A DNA stretch of 64,000 nt, from assembly GCA_963674945.2 (NCBI GenBank), contig CAXXWQ010000003.1, positions 64,001 to 128,000 on the forward strand, given 5' to 3'. Each line of letters starts with the position of its first letter. Positions within the stretch are counted from its first letter, which is position 1. The notes under the pieces were generated by a model that had not been told where the DNA came from, did not search any database, and saw nothing but the letters and a program-made list of their open reading frames with translations. The translations under genes were made by a program, and so were the position numbers. The stretch is from an uncultured Desulfosarcina sp. (GTDB lineage: Bacteria > Desulfobacterota > Desulfobacteria > Desulfobacterales > Desulfosarcinaceae). Below, piece after piece: positions 39,993 to 49,900 of the stretch.

Positions 39993-41603
39993 TTAAAATT
40001 GAAACTTGACCTCGAAATACCACTGCTGGTCACCTTTCTCCGTATTTTCCGTCGCCTTCAACGCGTATCCCCAAACAAATTCATAGATGAGGTATTCGGA
40101 AAGCTTTCCACGCACGCCACCTCCCGTTCCGGAAATGAATAGCGATGCGTCCTCTTGAGGAAGCGGGTGGATCAGGCGGAGATTAGCGAAGTCATAGAAT
40201 GCATAGAACGAAAGGTCCAAGGGTTCCCAAAGACCAAGCAGGCTTTCCATGTCCGGCGACCGCCATTCGAACATGCCGTGGACTGCCTTGTCACCTGCCA
40301 CTTCACTTTCCATATAGCCGCGAACACTTTTCATTCCCCCGGCGATATACTGCTCATTGGAAATCAACGGCTGGTCGGCGATCTGTCCATCGAGTCTAAT
40401 GAAAAGGCTGGAGTCCCATGGCATCTGCTGCACTCTATCCAGTCCGAGGGCCATGCAGATGTAATTGCCTCTGGCTTTAAAACGTTTGTCTTTGAATTCT
40501 TCTTCCTTGGTGGCCACACCTCGAAAGGCCAGATTTAGCGAACCGTTCAAGCTAGTGGATCCCCATTTGTCCGGCAAGGATGCGCCGTAAGAAAGCGTCA
40601 TGGGCATGTAGGTGACGGGAGTGCTCTCCGACTCGCCACCCTCCTCAGAGAAACTCAAGTCCTCGTCAAAATCCTTGTAGTCAAGGCCAAGGGTCAGGTT
40701 ATGACGAAAATTCCCCCGGGCGCCTAAGGGGATGATGTTGCGCAATCCGAGGATATACCCTTTTCCAATCACCTCGAAGCCCTGGCCGAATGCGGTATCA
40801 CTGTCTGAAATAACCCCATAAAGGGCCATCATATGGTTGTCGAACAAGGGGGACGGCATCACGTAGGAACCGGCGATGGCGCGGACCTCCTTCGTATCCT
40901 CGGGGCTCGTCTGGTATTGCAGGCTGATAGAGTGGTCACGTTGCCACAGATTGTCGTAGCGCAGCGACGTGTTCAGCCGAAGATCGGTCGTGGCATGTGT
41001 GGATCGGTTGTTGAGTTCCATGCTGCCGTGCAGTGGCAGCTTGTCTTTGACGCGCAATTCGATATCGATCGTTCCCAGATCCTTGCCAGGCATCAAAACG
41101 GGCGCCACTTTCATGTCCGGATTCCGATTGATCGCCGCCAACTCTTTTTGCACATTGGGAAGATGCAGGAACTGGCCCTGCTCCATGGAAGGCAGTTCCT
41201 TGAGGATCTTCTCCATGGTAAAATAGCGGTTGCCCACCACCCGCACCCGCCGCACCGTGCTCTCGATGACTTCCAGCCGAATCGTTCCGTTTTCCACGGA
41301 CTGTTCAGGAATGTTGACCAAGACGGTGGGGTATCCGTTCACGTGATAGTACTTTTCCAGAACGCTACGGGCTCTTTCGACGTCCTGAGAAGTTTTATTT
41401 TCACCAATGAACGCTTGCAGTTCGTTGGACAATGCTGCGTCGTCGAATATGGTGTTGCCACTGAGTTCATACAATTTTATGGGAAAACGGATTTCCTCCT
41501 GGCCCTCTTTGCAGGCCGCATCCTTGACGCCGATATGTGACATCGTAAAGCCCAAAAAAAAGACGAGAATAACAAGAGGCTGAAAAAAAAGTTTATCCGT
41601 CAT
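39993..41603 (-). CDS. ShlB/FhaC/HecB-family TpsB transporter
   Basis: POTRA domains (GNTIF, YHVNGY..VLVNIPEQ), NLWQRDH, VRGY (AGGMKSVRGYME), FYDFA, C-terminal KFQF. Confidence 0.92.
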   Translation of the reverse strand: MTDKLFFQPLVILVFFLGFTMSHIGVKDAACKEGQEEIRFPIKLYELSGNTIFDDAALSNELQAFIGENKTSQDVERARSVLEKYYHVNGYPTVLVNIPEQSVENGTIRLEVIESTVRRVRVVGNRYFTMEKILKELPSMEQGQFLHLPNVQKELAAINRNPDMKVAPVLMPGKDLGTIDIELRVKDKLPLHGSMELNNRSTHATTDLRLNTSLRYDNLWQRDHSISLQYQTSPEDTKEVRAIAGSYVMPSPLFDNHMMALYGVISDSDTAFGQGFEVIGKGYILGLRNIIPLGARGNFRHNLTLGLDYKDFDEDLSFSEEGGESESTPVTYMPMTLSYGASLPDKWGSTSLNGSLNLAFRGVATKEEEFKDKRFKARGNYICMALGLDRVQQMPWDSSLFIRLDGQIADQPLISNEQYIAGGMKSVRGYMESEVAGDKAVHGMFEWRSPDMESLLGLWEPLDLSFYAFYDFANLRLIHPLPQEDASLFISGTGGGVRGKLSEYLIYEFVWGYALKATENTEKGDQQWYFEVKFQF

Positions 41604-41665
41604 GAGCCGTTAACTTTCCGCTTGGAATGATGTCACTTGACGTAGGATCGCAAGAGCAGTCGGAA

Positions 41666-42949
41666 CTACCCCAATAGTGCATTATTGAAGGTATTCAGAA
41701 GATTCATCAGATTCGTTCGAACATCCCTCGACTCCTTATACCCGGACCATTTATCCAATACCTGACCGTCGGGGGTCATGAGTACGGTCATGGGGAATCC
41801 CTCTTGCCCGAAATATTTCATGAAAGCCTTGTTTTCGTCGGAATTGACTTTTATCCATACGTATTCATCCTTGAAATAGCGCACCCAGGGATCCTCAAAA
41901 ACACCGGCAAGCATTTTTTTGCAGTACTGGCACCAGTCGGCATAGAGAAACAGCAAAATGGGTTTGTTTAGATCGACTGCACTGGATGTACCAAATTCGA
42001 AGTCGTCGAACCACTCGACTTTCTGGTTGCCGAAAACGCTGGGTTTGACGATCTTCTCGATGGTATAGGTGACAATCACCTCGCGGTCGGTGTATTGGTG
42101 ATTCATGTCGACGATGACCTTTTCGTCTTCGACGCCGGTCACCACACCATGGCTAAATGGCGTACCGACCACCGGATTCATTTGAATGCGGATTTCACCC
42201 GCGGCTTCGTCCACCGTAACGATGACCTCACCGTAACTTTCTTCAATGGACTGATCGCTTTTGGGGAATAGCGTCAGATGAACCTGGGTCTCTTCGATTT
42301 CATCGATACGTGCCATTAAATAAGGATTGTAGGGTATCACCTGATCAAGGACCGGAAACGTCTTAAAACGTTTGAAAAAGCCGTCGGCATCAAACGTCAC
42401 ACGGGTCGGAAGTGTCCGGACGCGATCGATGGTGATGATTTTTCGCGGATCGTACGTACCGAAGGCGTTTTCCGGGGCCACCGTCACCTTGGTTTTCGTT
42501 CCGACGACGCCGTCTACCACTTTGGTGCCGAGCCCCATGGGGCTTGAGGGATCGCCGGCCAGCACGAGCACTTTCATTTTCTTGGCGGCGGCTTCCTTTT
42601 TTTCCTTCTCGGAAGTTATCGTTTCGGAAGAGTCTTCGTCGCGGCTGTTGGAGAAGGAGACGAAGGTACCATCGGTAAGTTGCGCCTGATACGCAAGGAT
42701 CACGTAGTCACCGTTTTGGACAACATCCTTTTTCTCTCCAACAAACAGATTCAGACTTTCTGAGCCGTCGCTCTCCATCTGCCGGAGGGCATCTTGAAGT
42801 TCTTTGGCCACGACTTCCTTTTCTTTTGTTTCGCTGTGCGCCGCCGTTTCCCCGGATGTTGTCATAGCCCGGTTTTCGGTCGCACAAGCGGCTATCACAG
42901 AAAGCCCCACAAGAATTGCCATCGCGATACACCATGTACGTTGAGACAT
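41666..42949 (-). CDS. Lipoprotein: FKBP/SlyD-like PPIase domain fused to thioredoxin domain
   Basis: Lipobox-like VIAAC; VQNGDYVIL.Y...DG, VAPENAFG.YDP, VDMNHQY; C-terminal YADWCQYCKKM, GFPMT. Confidence 0.75.
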   Translation of the reverse strand: MSQRTWCIAMAILVGLSVIAACATENRAMTTSGETAAHSETKEKEVVAKELQDALRQMESDGSESLNLFVGEKKDVVQNGDYVILAYQAQLTDGTFVSFSNSRDEDSSETITSEKEKKEAAAKKMKVLVLAGDPSSPMGLGTKVVDGVVGTKTKVTVAPENAFGTYDPRKIITIDRVRTLPTRVTFDADGFFKRFKTFPVLDQVIPYNPYLMARIDEIEETQVHLTLFPKSDQSIEESYGEVIVTVDEAAGEIRIQMNPVVGTPFSHGVVTGVEDEKVIVDMNHQYTDREVIVTYTIEKIVKPSVFGNQKVEWFDDFEFGTSSAVDLNKPILLFLYADWCQYCKKMLAGVFEDPWVRYFKDEYVWIKVNSDENKAFMKYFGQEGFPMTVLMTPDGQVLDKWSGYKESRDVRTNLMNLLNTFNNALLG

Positions 42950-42989
42950 CGTCCGTTCTCCTTCTACCTTGTGCTATGGTTGATGGCCA

Positions 42990-43856
42990 CTAGGGCCGCG
43001 TTTTGTCCGGCTGCAGATTATGAACATACACATCGCAATCGAGCGGTTTTCCGCCAAAGGGATGCCCCCAGTCGATCCAAAACCATTCTTCCTCGATGCG
43101 ATCGACCCGGCCTATCAGTTGGCCAGCCCGGACGATTTCGCCGACCCTGTTCTCGGTGATCATCCAGTAGTTTTTTTCGTCGATTTTCACCAAATGTTTG
43201 TGCCCCAATGGGTCCGGAATCATCAGACCATCTTCAAACAACAGGTTGCAAGTGATCCACTCGCCCTTGATCTCACCGAAACGGAGTTGGGTACCGGGCA
43301 AAACTTCGAAATCCACCGTATCGCCGGGTCCAATATTCTCGCCGTATCTTTGCCTGGTGACAGCCAGCCCGGAATCGAATACCAACGGCAGCCTGCGCCT
43401 GCGTTTTATTTTGGTGTAGCGCTCGTTTTTCTGAATATTCGGCGGAATTTCTCCCTGAATGGAAATTTGCATTCTTCTGTCGTAGGGCTTGTTCACGATG
43501 CCGTTGGCGAGATAAGCGGGAACTGAAAATTCCAAAAACTCCGCCACGTCCCGCTGGAGCATATAGTTAAGGGCCTTGTCGCCCGCCGTTGCGGACACGG
43601 GACCGTACTCACGCAGAGGCATGAAGTTTTTGTTGGCCGCCTTTTTCCCCTCGGCCGCTATGGCTTTTGCCGCATCGGTGGTGATCATCAGGGACCCATC
43701 GGGAAGGTAGCAACTGTAGTCGATCATCACTGCGTCACCCGGTTGGACCAACACATCCGGTTTCACCATGCCCGCGCATCCATATACGCTCGCGATGCAT
43801 ACCGCTGCCGCCATTGCCAGCCATCTCATGCGCATGTTACCCATTGCCTGTATCAT
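42990..43856 (-). CDS. Lipoprotein with degenerate FKBP/SlyD-like fold
   Basis: Lipobox VYGC; VQPGDAVMIDYSCYLPDG and C-terminal IDWGHPFGGKPLDCDV, matching the SlyD DxNHPLAGK.L motif. Confidence 0.65.
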   Translation of the reverse strand: MIQAMGNMRMRWLAMAAAVCIASVYGCAGMVKPDVLVQPGDAVMIDYSCYLPDGSLMITTDAAKAIAAEGKKAANKNFMPLREYGPVSATAGDKALNYMLQRDVAEFLEFSVPAYLANGIVNKPYDRRMQISIQGEIPPNIQKNERYTKIKRRRRLPLVFDSGLAVTRQRYGENIGPGDTVDFEVLPGTQLRFGEIKGEWITCNLLFEDGLMIPDPLGHKHLVKIDEKNYWMITENRVGEIVRAGQLIGRVDRIEEEWFWIDWGHPFGGKPLDCDVYVHNLQPDKTRP

Positions 43857-44070
43857 AATTCCGATCCCACTGTGTTGTACTTTGATGTTGGTTGCCGGAT
43901 TGCATTGAAAATGCCCTTCGAAAAGAAAAGTCTTTTATGAACAAGGTTTGTTAGATATCAATTAGAAAAGATAAGAATTTCGATCGCGGGACGATGATTT
44001 TTTGTGGTGTGGATTTTCCGCGAAATAAGGGATCCTGTTTTACAGCATGTGCATCGCAGATCAGACGGTG

Positions 44071-44111
44071 TCCCCTCACCACTTTAGGGAGATGGGGACA
44101 GGGTGAGGGGA
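44071..44111. repeat. Degenerate REP-like palindrome
   Basis: tcccctcacc...ggtgagggga arms, similar to 39896-39937. Confidence 0.5.
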
Positions 44112-44186
44112 GAAAAAGATTCTCATGCCCATGGAAAGGTTCGCCCGATGTCATGCGCCGACGGTTCACCGGGAATTCAGATAAGT

Positions 44187-44216
44187 ACGGGGCCGCACTG
44201 CTACGTGCGGCCCCGT
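44187..44216 (-). terminator. Strong 12-bp GC hairpin downstream of the PstS-fold gene (terminator or mRNA-stabilising stem)
   Basis: acggggccgcac-N6-gtgcggccccgt, with only a weak U-tract on the minus strand. Confidence 0.55.
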
Positions 44217-44278
44217 GGTACGAACAATTTCGCCATAAGGTATTCGTCCGGATGACGAAACACCTTCGGATGCGGTAA

Positions 44279-45694
44279 TTATTTTACGCTAATACCGGTT
44301 TTGCAGCTGTCACGGATGACCTTCATCTCATCCTGGGAAGCCCAGAATTCGTATTTCGAGGTGGCGTCCAGGTTGGTCGGGTTGGACATGTAGGCCATCA
44401 GAGCGGCGACGTGCGTTTGAGCGGCATCGGCGTTGGTGGCGATGACGTAGTTGGCGCCCCAGAAGTCGTAGCGGCCGTTTCTGATGTTGTCACGTTTACC
44501 GATGTAGCCCTGGTAGTTGACGCGGCAGGCGCCGCTTTCGCAAGGATTGGTGAGGTCTCCCTTCTTGTCCGAATCGGCGTAACCCACGGCGCCGGCGTAA
44601 GAACCGACACATTCGATTTCGTCAGAGGAGCCTTTGTTGGTGAGAGTGCGGGGGACGACACCGGAGGTGACGGCAGATTCGTCGTAGGCGTAGGCGATCT
44701 GGGCCAGCGATTGGGGACGCACGACGGACCAGTCGAGGGTGGCGTGGGTACCGGAACCGGCATGGCGGATACACACTACGACATCTTGGCTGCTGTATCC
44801 GAAAGTATTCCAGTCGGTGACCTGCTGGGAGAAGAGCATCTGAGCCTGGGGTCTGCTCAGGTTGGTAACCTCGCCGCCGAGGGAGGCTTCATTGACGAAG
44901 AAAGAGAAGGGCACGATGATCGGCTCGAAAACGGTGAACAGGTCCAGATCGGGTTCGATCGGGGTGAAGATTCTGATCCACCATTTCGCGTCATCGGCTA
45001 CGGGAAACGCGGTTTTGCTCTTTCCGAAGATGCCACCGCCCATGGCGGTTTCCCAATCGCTGATGCGACCGCCTTCCGGGCCCCAGGTGTCGTGATTCTT
45101 GGGTCCGTAGGTGGACTGGTCGAAGCAAATCGGATCGATATCGGAGGTACCCAGGGTGATCTCCTTACAGGTCAAACCGATGGTCACGCCGGTGTCGGCG
45201 GGAGCCGGAATTGTGTTGATGTCAGACCAGGCGCTGACGGCGGCCTCATTGGCCATCAGTCGCTGGGTTGCCGTGCAACCGGTGTCGGGAGTACCACAAT
45301 CGGTTGCCGCACCCGTATCGATCGCGGCGCAGACGCCTTCGGCAGAGGCGAAGGTGGTATACCGGATGGCGATGGTGTCGCCGACGTATCCGGTACGCCG
45401 GGCGCCGGCCTGAGATCCGCCGATACCGATGTTGCCGAAATCGCCGCCGTCGCAAATGGCGATACCGGCGTCACGGTCTGCGGCAGGTCCTGCGTCTTCC
45501 ATCTGGGCGTGACCGATGTCGGAGGTCCCACACTGCATATAGTCTCTCAGGAACTGGGGCGCACCTTCCGTCCAGTATGCGTACTGGGCCGAGGCACCGA
45601 AGATATTGACTTCGCGAAGTTGGGCGGCGGCGGGTACGGCCATCGCCACGGCCATGGAACCGATCATCAGACCCTTAACGATTTTACCTAACAT
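44279..45694 (-). CDS. Secreted Cys-rich protein with PstS/periplasmic-binding-protein-like fold
   Basis: Signal peptide; NIFGASA, GTSD, CIRHAGSGTHAT (cf. R..GSGT of PstS), AVGY, NGRYDFW; about 12 Cys; strong codon bias. Confidence 0.7.
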   Translation of the reverse strand: MLGKIVKGLMIGSMAVAMAVPAAAQLREVNIFGASAQYAYWTEGAPQFLRDYMQCGTSDIGHAQMEDAGPAADRDAGIAICDGGDFGNIGIGGSQAGARRTGYVGDTIAIRYTTFASAEGVCAAIDTGAATDCGTPDTGCTATQRLMANEAAVSAWSDINTIPAPADTGVTIGLTCKEITLGTSDIDPICFDQSTYGPKNHDTWGPEGGRISDWETAMGGGIFGKSKTAFPVADDAKWWIRIFTPIEPDLDLFTVFEPIIVPFSFFVNEASLGGEVTNLSRPQAQMLFSQQVTDWNTFGYSSQDVVVCIRHAGSGTHATLDWSVVRPQSLAQIAYAYDESAVTSGVVPRTLTNKGSSDEIECVGSYAGAVGYADSDKKGDLTNPCESGACRVNYQGYIGKRDNIRNGRYDFWGANYVIATNADAAQTHVAALMAYMSNPTNLDATSKYEFWASQDEMKVIRDSCKTGISVK

Positions 45695-45765
45695 TTCTTT
45701 TCTCCTTGTATGGTGTTGAGATACTCACGCAACATGCATGGGCTGTTTACATTGGCTTGCCGACG

Positions 45766-46446
45766 TTAGATTTTTTTACGACGAACGCCGATCAAGCCCA
45801 GAAGACCGGAACCCATCAACCAGGCGGCGGCGGGAACGGGAACTTCGCTTACATCGGTGGGTCCCTCGATAATGAAATCGGCGGTACCGTTGCCATTGTT
45901 GATCATCTTGATGGTGGCATAGTTCAACGGGTCGCCGGTGACGCCTATTTGAGTCCAGAGGTACATCTCATCTTCGGCGTCCGTCAGGTTGCCTTTTCCA
46001 TCTCCCAGGGCGATCAGCCCCTTCAAGGACGGAGTCATCATGTTCATGAAAGAGTTTTGGTCGGCGGTGAGGTGTTCGACGCCGTAGTCGTTGTTTTTGG
46101 ATACGTAGTCTGCTGAGGACCAGAATGAGTTGATGAAGGTGGGTTTGGCTGCGCCGTCCGCCTGCTGCTCATTGATACCCCAGCCCAACCATCCGCCGTT
46201 GTAGGTTGCAAACAAAGAAAAACCGGTGTAGCTGCCGATTGAGACGTCGTCCAGCAAGGTCGCGCCAAAGTTGTCGGCGATGTCGCCACTACCGGTGTCA
46301 TAGCCGGCGCCGAGGTCGTAGATGATTTCGTGGGTGTCGTTGTACATTACCAGGTTCACTGCAAGGGGGGCGAGATCGGCGGAAGCGGTGCCGGCGACGC
46401 CAACCATGACCATAACACCTAAAACAGCTGCGAAAACCTTTTTCAT
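45766..46446 (-). CDS. VPLPA-CTERM-type exosortase substrate (surface protein)
   Basis: Signal peptide MKKVFAAV...ASA; C-terminus SEVPVPAAAWLMGSGLLGLIGVRRKKI; GGAGG SD before the ATG at 46446. Confidence 0.92.
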   Translation of the reverse strand: MKKVFAAVLGVMVMVGVAGTASADLAPLAVNLVMYNDTHEIIYDLGAGYDTGSGDIADNFGATLLDDVSIGSYTGFSLFATYNGGWLGWGINEQQADGAAKPTFINSFWSSADYVSKNNDYGVEHLTADQNSFMNMMTPSLKGLIALGDGKGNLTDAEDEMYLWTQIGVTGDPLNYATIKMINNGNGTADFIIEGPTDVSEVPVPAAAWLMGSGLLGLIGVRRKKI

Positions 46447-46480
46447 TGAATCTACCTCCAAAAATAGTCGATTGATTGTT

Positions 46481-46650
46481 TTCCAGGCAGATCAGCCATC
46501 CGGCACACGCCTCGTGTTTTCGGTCCCGTAGGCGAGGCTCGTCTCGCCTTCACTTTAATTCCCGTTGGACTCGAACCGGTTACATGGTACTGTTTGTCGG
46601 ACCTGTATCTTTCCGCCCTCCGGTCTCCCGGAGTTTGGCTTTTTCTGGAG
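46481..46650 (-). ncRNA. Cyclic di-GMP-I (GEMM-I) riboswitch with extended P3
   Basis: Minus strand: P1 UCCAG/CUGGA; GCCAAA-CUCCGG-GAGA-CCGGAG-GGCGGAAA (P2 with GNRA loop, compensatory C21-G46, G at position 20); P3 GAUACAGGUCC...GGAUGGCUGAUC-UGCC. Ends about 35 nt before the start codon. Confidence 0.85.
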
Positions 46651-46772
46651 GTTGACTGCGAAAAATAAGAAACAAATGGATTACACGGATGATCTTACCA
46701 AGGGTGAAACATGCACTTTTCTTTTCTCAAGAGTTTTCTGCATCACCTCCCCTCTCGGATTTTGTAATAGTC

Positions 46773-46817
46773 AAAAAAAATAGCCCTGAGAACGATTGAC
46801 TTCTTGTTCTCAGGGCT
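46773..46817 (-). terminator. Intrinsic terminator upstream of the riboswitch
   Basis: 12-bp stem agccctgagaac/gttctcagggct with a 12-nt loop, followed by A + U8 on the minus strand. Confidence 0.85.
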
Positions 46818-46983
46818 TTCTGGTGCCTATATACTTCAGGTCAGCAAAGTACCCCGCTGTTTGTTTTTTGTTTTTACGGATTGAATGTTAGCTGATTATG
46901 AGTGCGATATTATAATTCAATTAACTTCCGAGTTTCTGGCGCAAAGCCCGAATATTACAATTGTGATGGGTTTCCTGTTCTGC

Positions 46984-49900
46984 TCATCTTGCTTGATGCT
47001 GGATGATTTTTATAGCCGATACGGCCATGGCAACGAACAGACAGGCAACAAACCCCATAATCCACGAGGTGCCGGCCGGCAGCGACCCGACTGTGCCGAC
47101 AAAACAGGATGATCCGCCGTCACCGCTGCCATTGTTCTGTCCACTCAACCGTCCGCTTTCGTTGGTAGCGGCAATCGTATACAAGGAGAAATGCTCGATT
47201 TCGCAAACCAGCATGTTGTTCTCTTCGTCCACCTTTTTCACGGCGATCGTTTCCCAGCGGCGATCGACTTTATCGTACGTATAGGCCATGAGGAACGCAG
47301 GATTGATCCCACCGGCCGCCTTTAAAGCGGCTTCGGTATAAGGAATGTTAATGGTGATCGGCATGTTGAACCAGGTACCCGATGGGCCAAAATCGATTAC
47401 CTTGCCCACAGGCACTAAATCGGAATCCATGGTTGGTATGCCGAGTCCAGTTGCCTCGCCGATGGAAATGGTTGTCGTTGTTCGTAAGGCACCGGCAGGA
47501 ATGATGACTTGCGTGCCGTTTATGGCGCTGCCAGCATCGGTAACTTTTATAATCGTGTTATAGGGAACCGTAAGATCGTAGATGCCTTCCTCCACGACCA
47601 TGATTTCAGGCTCGGTGCTACCGTCCAGGTCCACCGTGAAGCTGAATACCGATGTCCACCACGAATCATCATTGACGATCCGGGCACGCCAATAATAGGT
47701 GGTTTCATCTTCGAGATCTTCATCGACCCGCCATGCGGTCTTGCCGACAGTGGTTTGGCCGACCGCGACCCTTCCCGTTATCGCGCTGTCACGGTACACC
47801 TCAAATTCGACTTGAATGGACGATTTATTGTCTTCCGACACTACCATTACGCCGATCACCGGCGTCTGTGTGTTGACGGTTCCGCCGTTGAATGGCACAG
47901 TGGGAATTATTCCCGGTGTTGCCGTGGCCGCCTGGCTCACGCTCACATTCACATCCCGAAAGACCGTGTCCGTTCCGTCGCCTACCGTCAGGGTGAAGGT
48001 ATAGTCGTTGGCGCCGTTATCCGCATAGGCTGGCGCAGTGAAAGTCACCGACACCCCTGTTTTGGGGAAATCATCGATATCATCGGACGTGGACCAGATG
48101 TAGGTCAGATCATCCCCATCGGCATCGCCAGCCGTTCCGCTCAAGGTCACCGTGGTGCCCTCAACGGCCGGATTGGGGGAGGCCGTGATACCGGATATTA
48201 CCGGCGCAGTATTGTTCTGGCTGACGGTGAAGGTGACGTCCCGGGCGGCCGAGTCCGTGCCGTCGCTTACCGTCAGGGTGAAAGTGTAGTCGTTGTCTCC
48301 ACCCTCAACGTATGCCGGCGCGGCAAAGCTCGCCGTAGCACCGGTCTGCGGAAACCCGCCAACCCCTTCTTCCGTGCTCCAGGTGTAAGTCAAGGCATCC
48401 CCGTCGCCATCGCTGGCCGCGCCGCTCAAGGTTACTGTGGCGCCTTCGGCGGCCGGGTTGGGGGATGCCGTTGCGCTGGATATTGTCGGAGCCGTATTTT
48501 CCGAGGTGACGGTGAAGGTGAAAGTCTGGGTAACCGAATCTGTGCCGTCGCTCACCGTCAGCGTGATAATATATTCATTATCACCACCATTAATGAAGGC
48601 CGGCGCCGTAAAGGACCACAGTTGCTTGTCCGTGGGCAATCCGGCGAGGGGCCTGGCCGAAGACCATGCGTACGTCAGCGCATCTGTCACATCGACGTCG
48701 ATCGCCTCTCCGGATATCAACACCCGCGTTCCCTCGGTGCCCGAATCGGGATCTATTGTTGCATTCAAAATCACGGGGGCAGTGTTGCCCTGGGTGACGG
48801 TAAAAGTGACGGCCGCGGTGTCCGTGTCCGTGCCGTCGCTCACCGTCAACTTGAAGGTGTAGACGTTATCCCCGCCGTCCACGTAGGCCGGTGCGGTGAA
48901 GCTCGCAGTGGCGCTGGCCTGCGGAAAGCCGCCGAGCCCGTCGCCCGTGCTCCAGGTGTAAGTCAAGCCGTCCCCATCGCCGTCGCTGGCCGTTCCACTC
49001 AGGGTTACTGCTGTTCCTCCGGGGCCCGACACGGGCGACGCCGTCGCACTCTTGATTTCGGGGGGCTCGTTGGTCTGGGAGGCGGTGACGGTAAAAGTGA
49101 CGGCCGCGGTGTCCGTGTCCGTGCCGTCGCTCACCGTCAACTTGAAGGTGTAGACGTTATCCCCGCCGTCCACGTAGGCCGGTGCGGTGAAGCTCGCAGT
49201 GGCGCTGGCCTGCGGAAAGCCGCCGAGCCCGTCGTCCGTGCTCCAGGTGTAAGTCAAGCCGTCCCCATCGCCATCGCTGGCCGTTCCACTCAGGGTTACT
49301 GCTGTTCCTCCGGGGCCCGACACGGGCGACGCCGTCGCATTCTTGATTTCGGGGGGCTCGTTGGTCACCGGAGGATTTAGAATGACGCTGCCGTCGGGAT
49401 CGATTCGTAGCGCCGCGCAGTAGTCCGTACTCTGATCCGGGCCCCGGTTTAGAGAGAATTCGCCATCAAGAAGTATGTTGTGGTATAAGTACATGGTTAC
49501 GGATTGGCCTTCGGCCAGGGGGGCCAGATTTACCTCTCCGGTTTCGGCATTACGGTTAAAACCGGCGAAGAATCCCCCAGGAAAAACGCCTCTGTTCATT
49601 TGGGTATGATAGGCGTTATCTCCGGCCGCCTGCCCCACAAAGATACCGCATTGTGGGTTATCTATACAATTTAAGTACATCTTGTTTGCTGAACTGAGAA
49701 AATTACTCATTTGGCTTTTGCTGATATTCGGCTCTACTTTTGATGTGGTCGCAAATATCATGTGTGACCCAAAAGTACTAGATGATGATAAAAATGAAAA
49801 AAAAGTGGCATTTAACTGGCTCCAATCGCTTACTGCGGAAAAATCTTCCAGTCCAAAGCCTTGTTCGACAAGTGGATAATCACGCTCACTGTAAAAGAGG

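Noticed and set aside
44411..45691. 426-aa ORF on the + strand
   Set aside because: Exact antisense shadow of the codon-biased 471-aa gene, with no motifs of its own.
46567..46577. tRNA gene suggested by GGTTCGAGTCC
   Set aside because: No acceptor stem, D-arm or anticodon arm can be built; the motif lies inside the riboswitch P3 insert.
46481..46650. 3',3'-cGAMP-sensing (GEMM-Ib) assignment
   Set aside because: The position equivalent to 20 is G, not A.
47509..49380. 623-aa ORF on the + strand with internal repeats
   Set aside because: Antisense to the PKD repeats of the 1048-aa gene; its repeats only mirror that gene.
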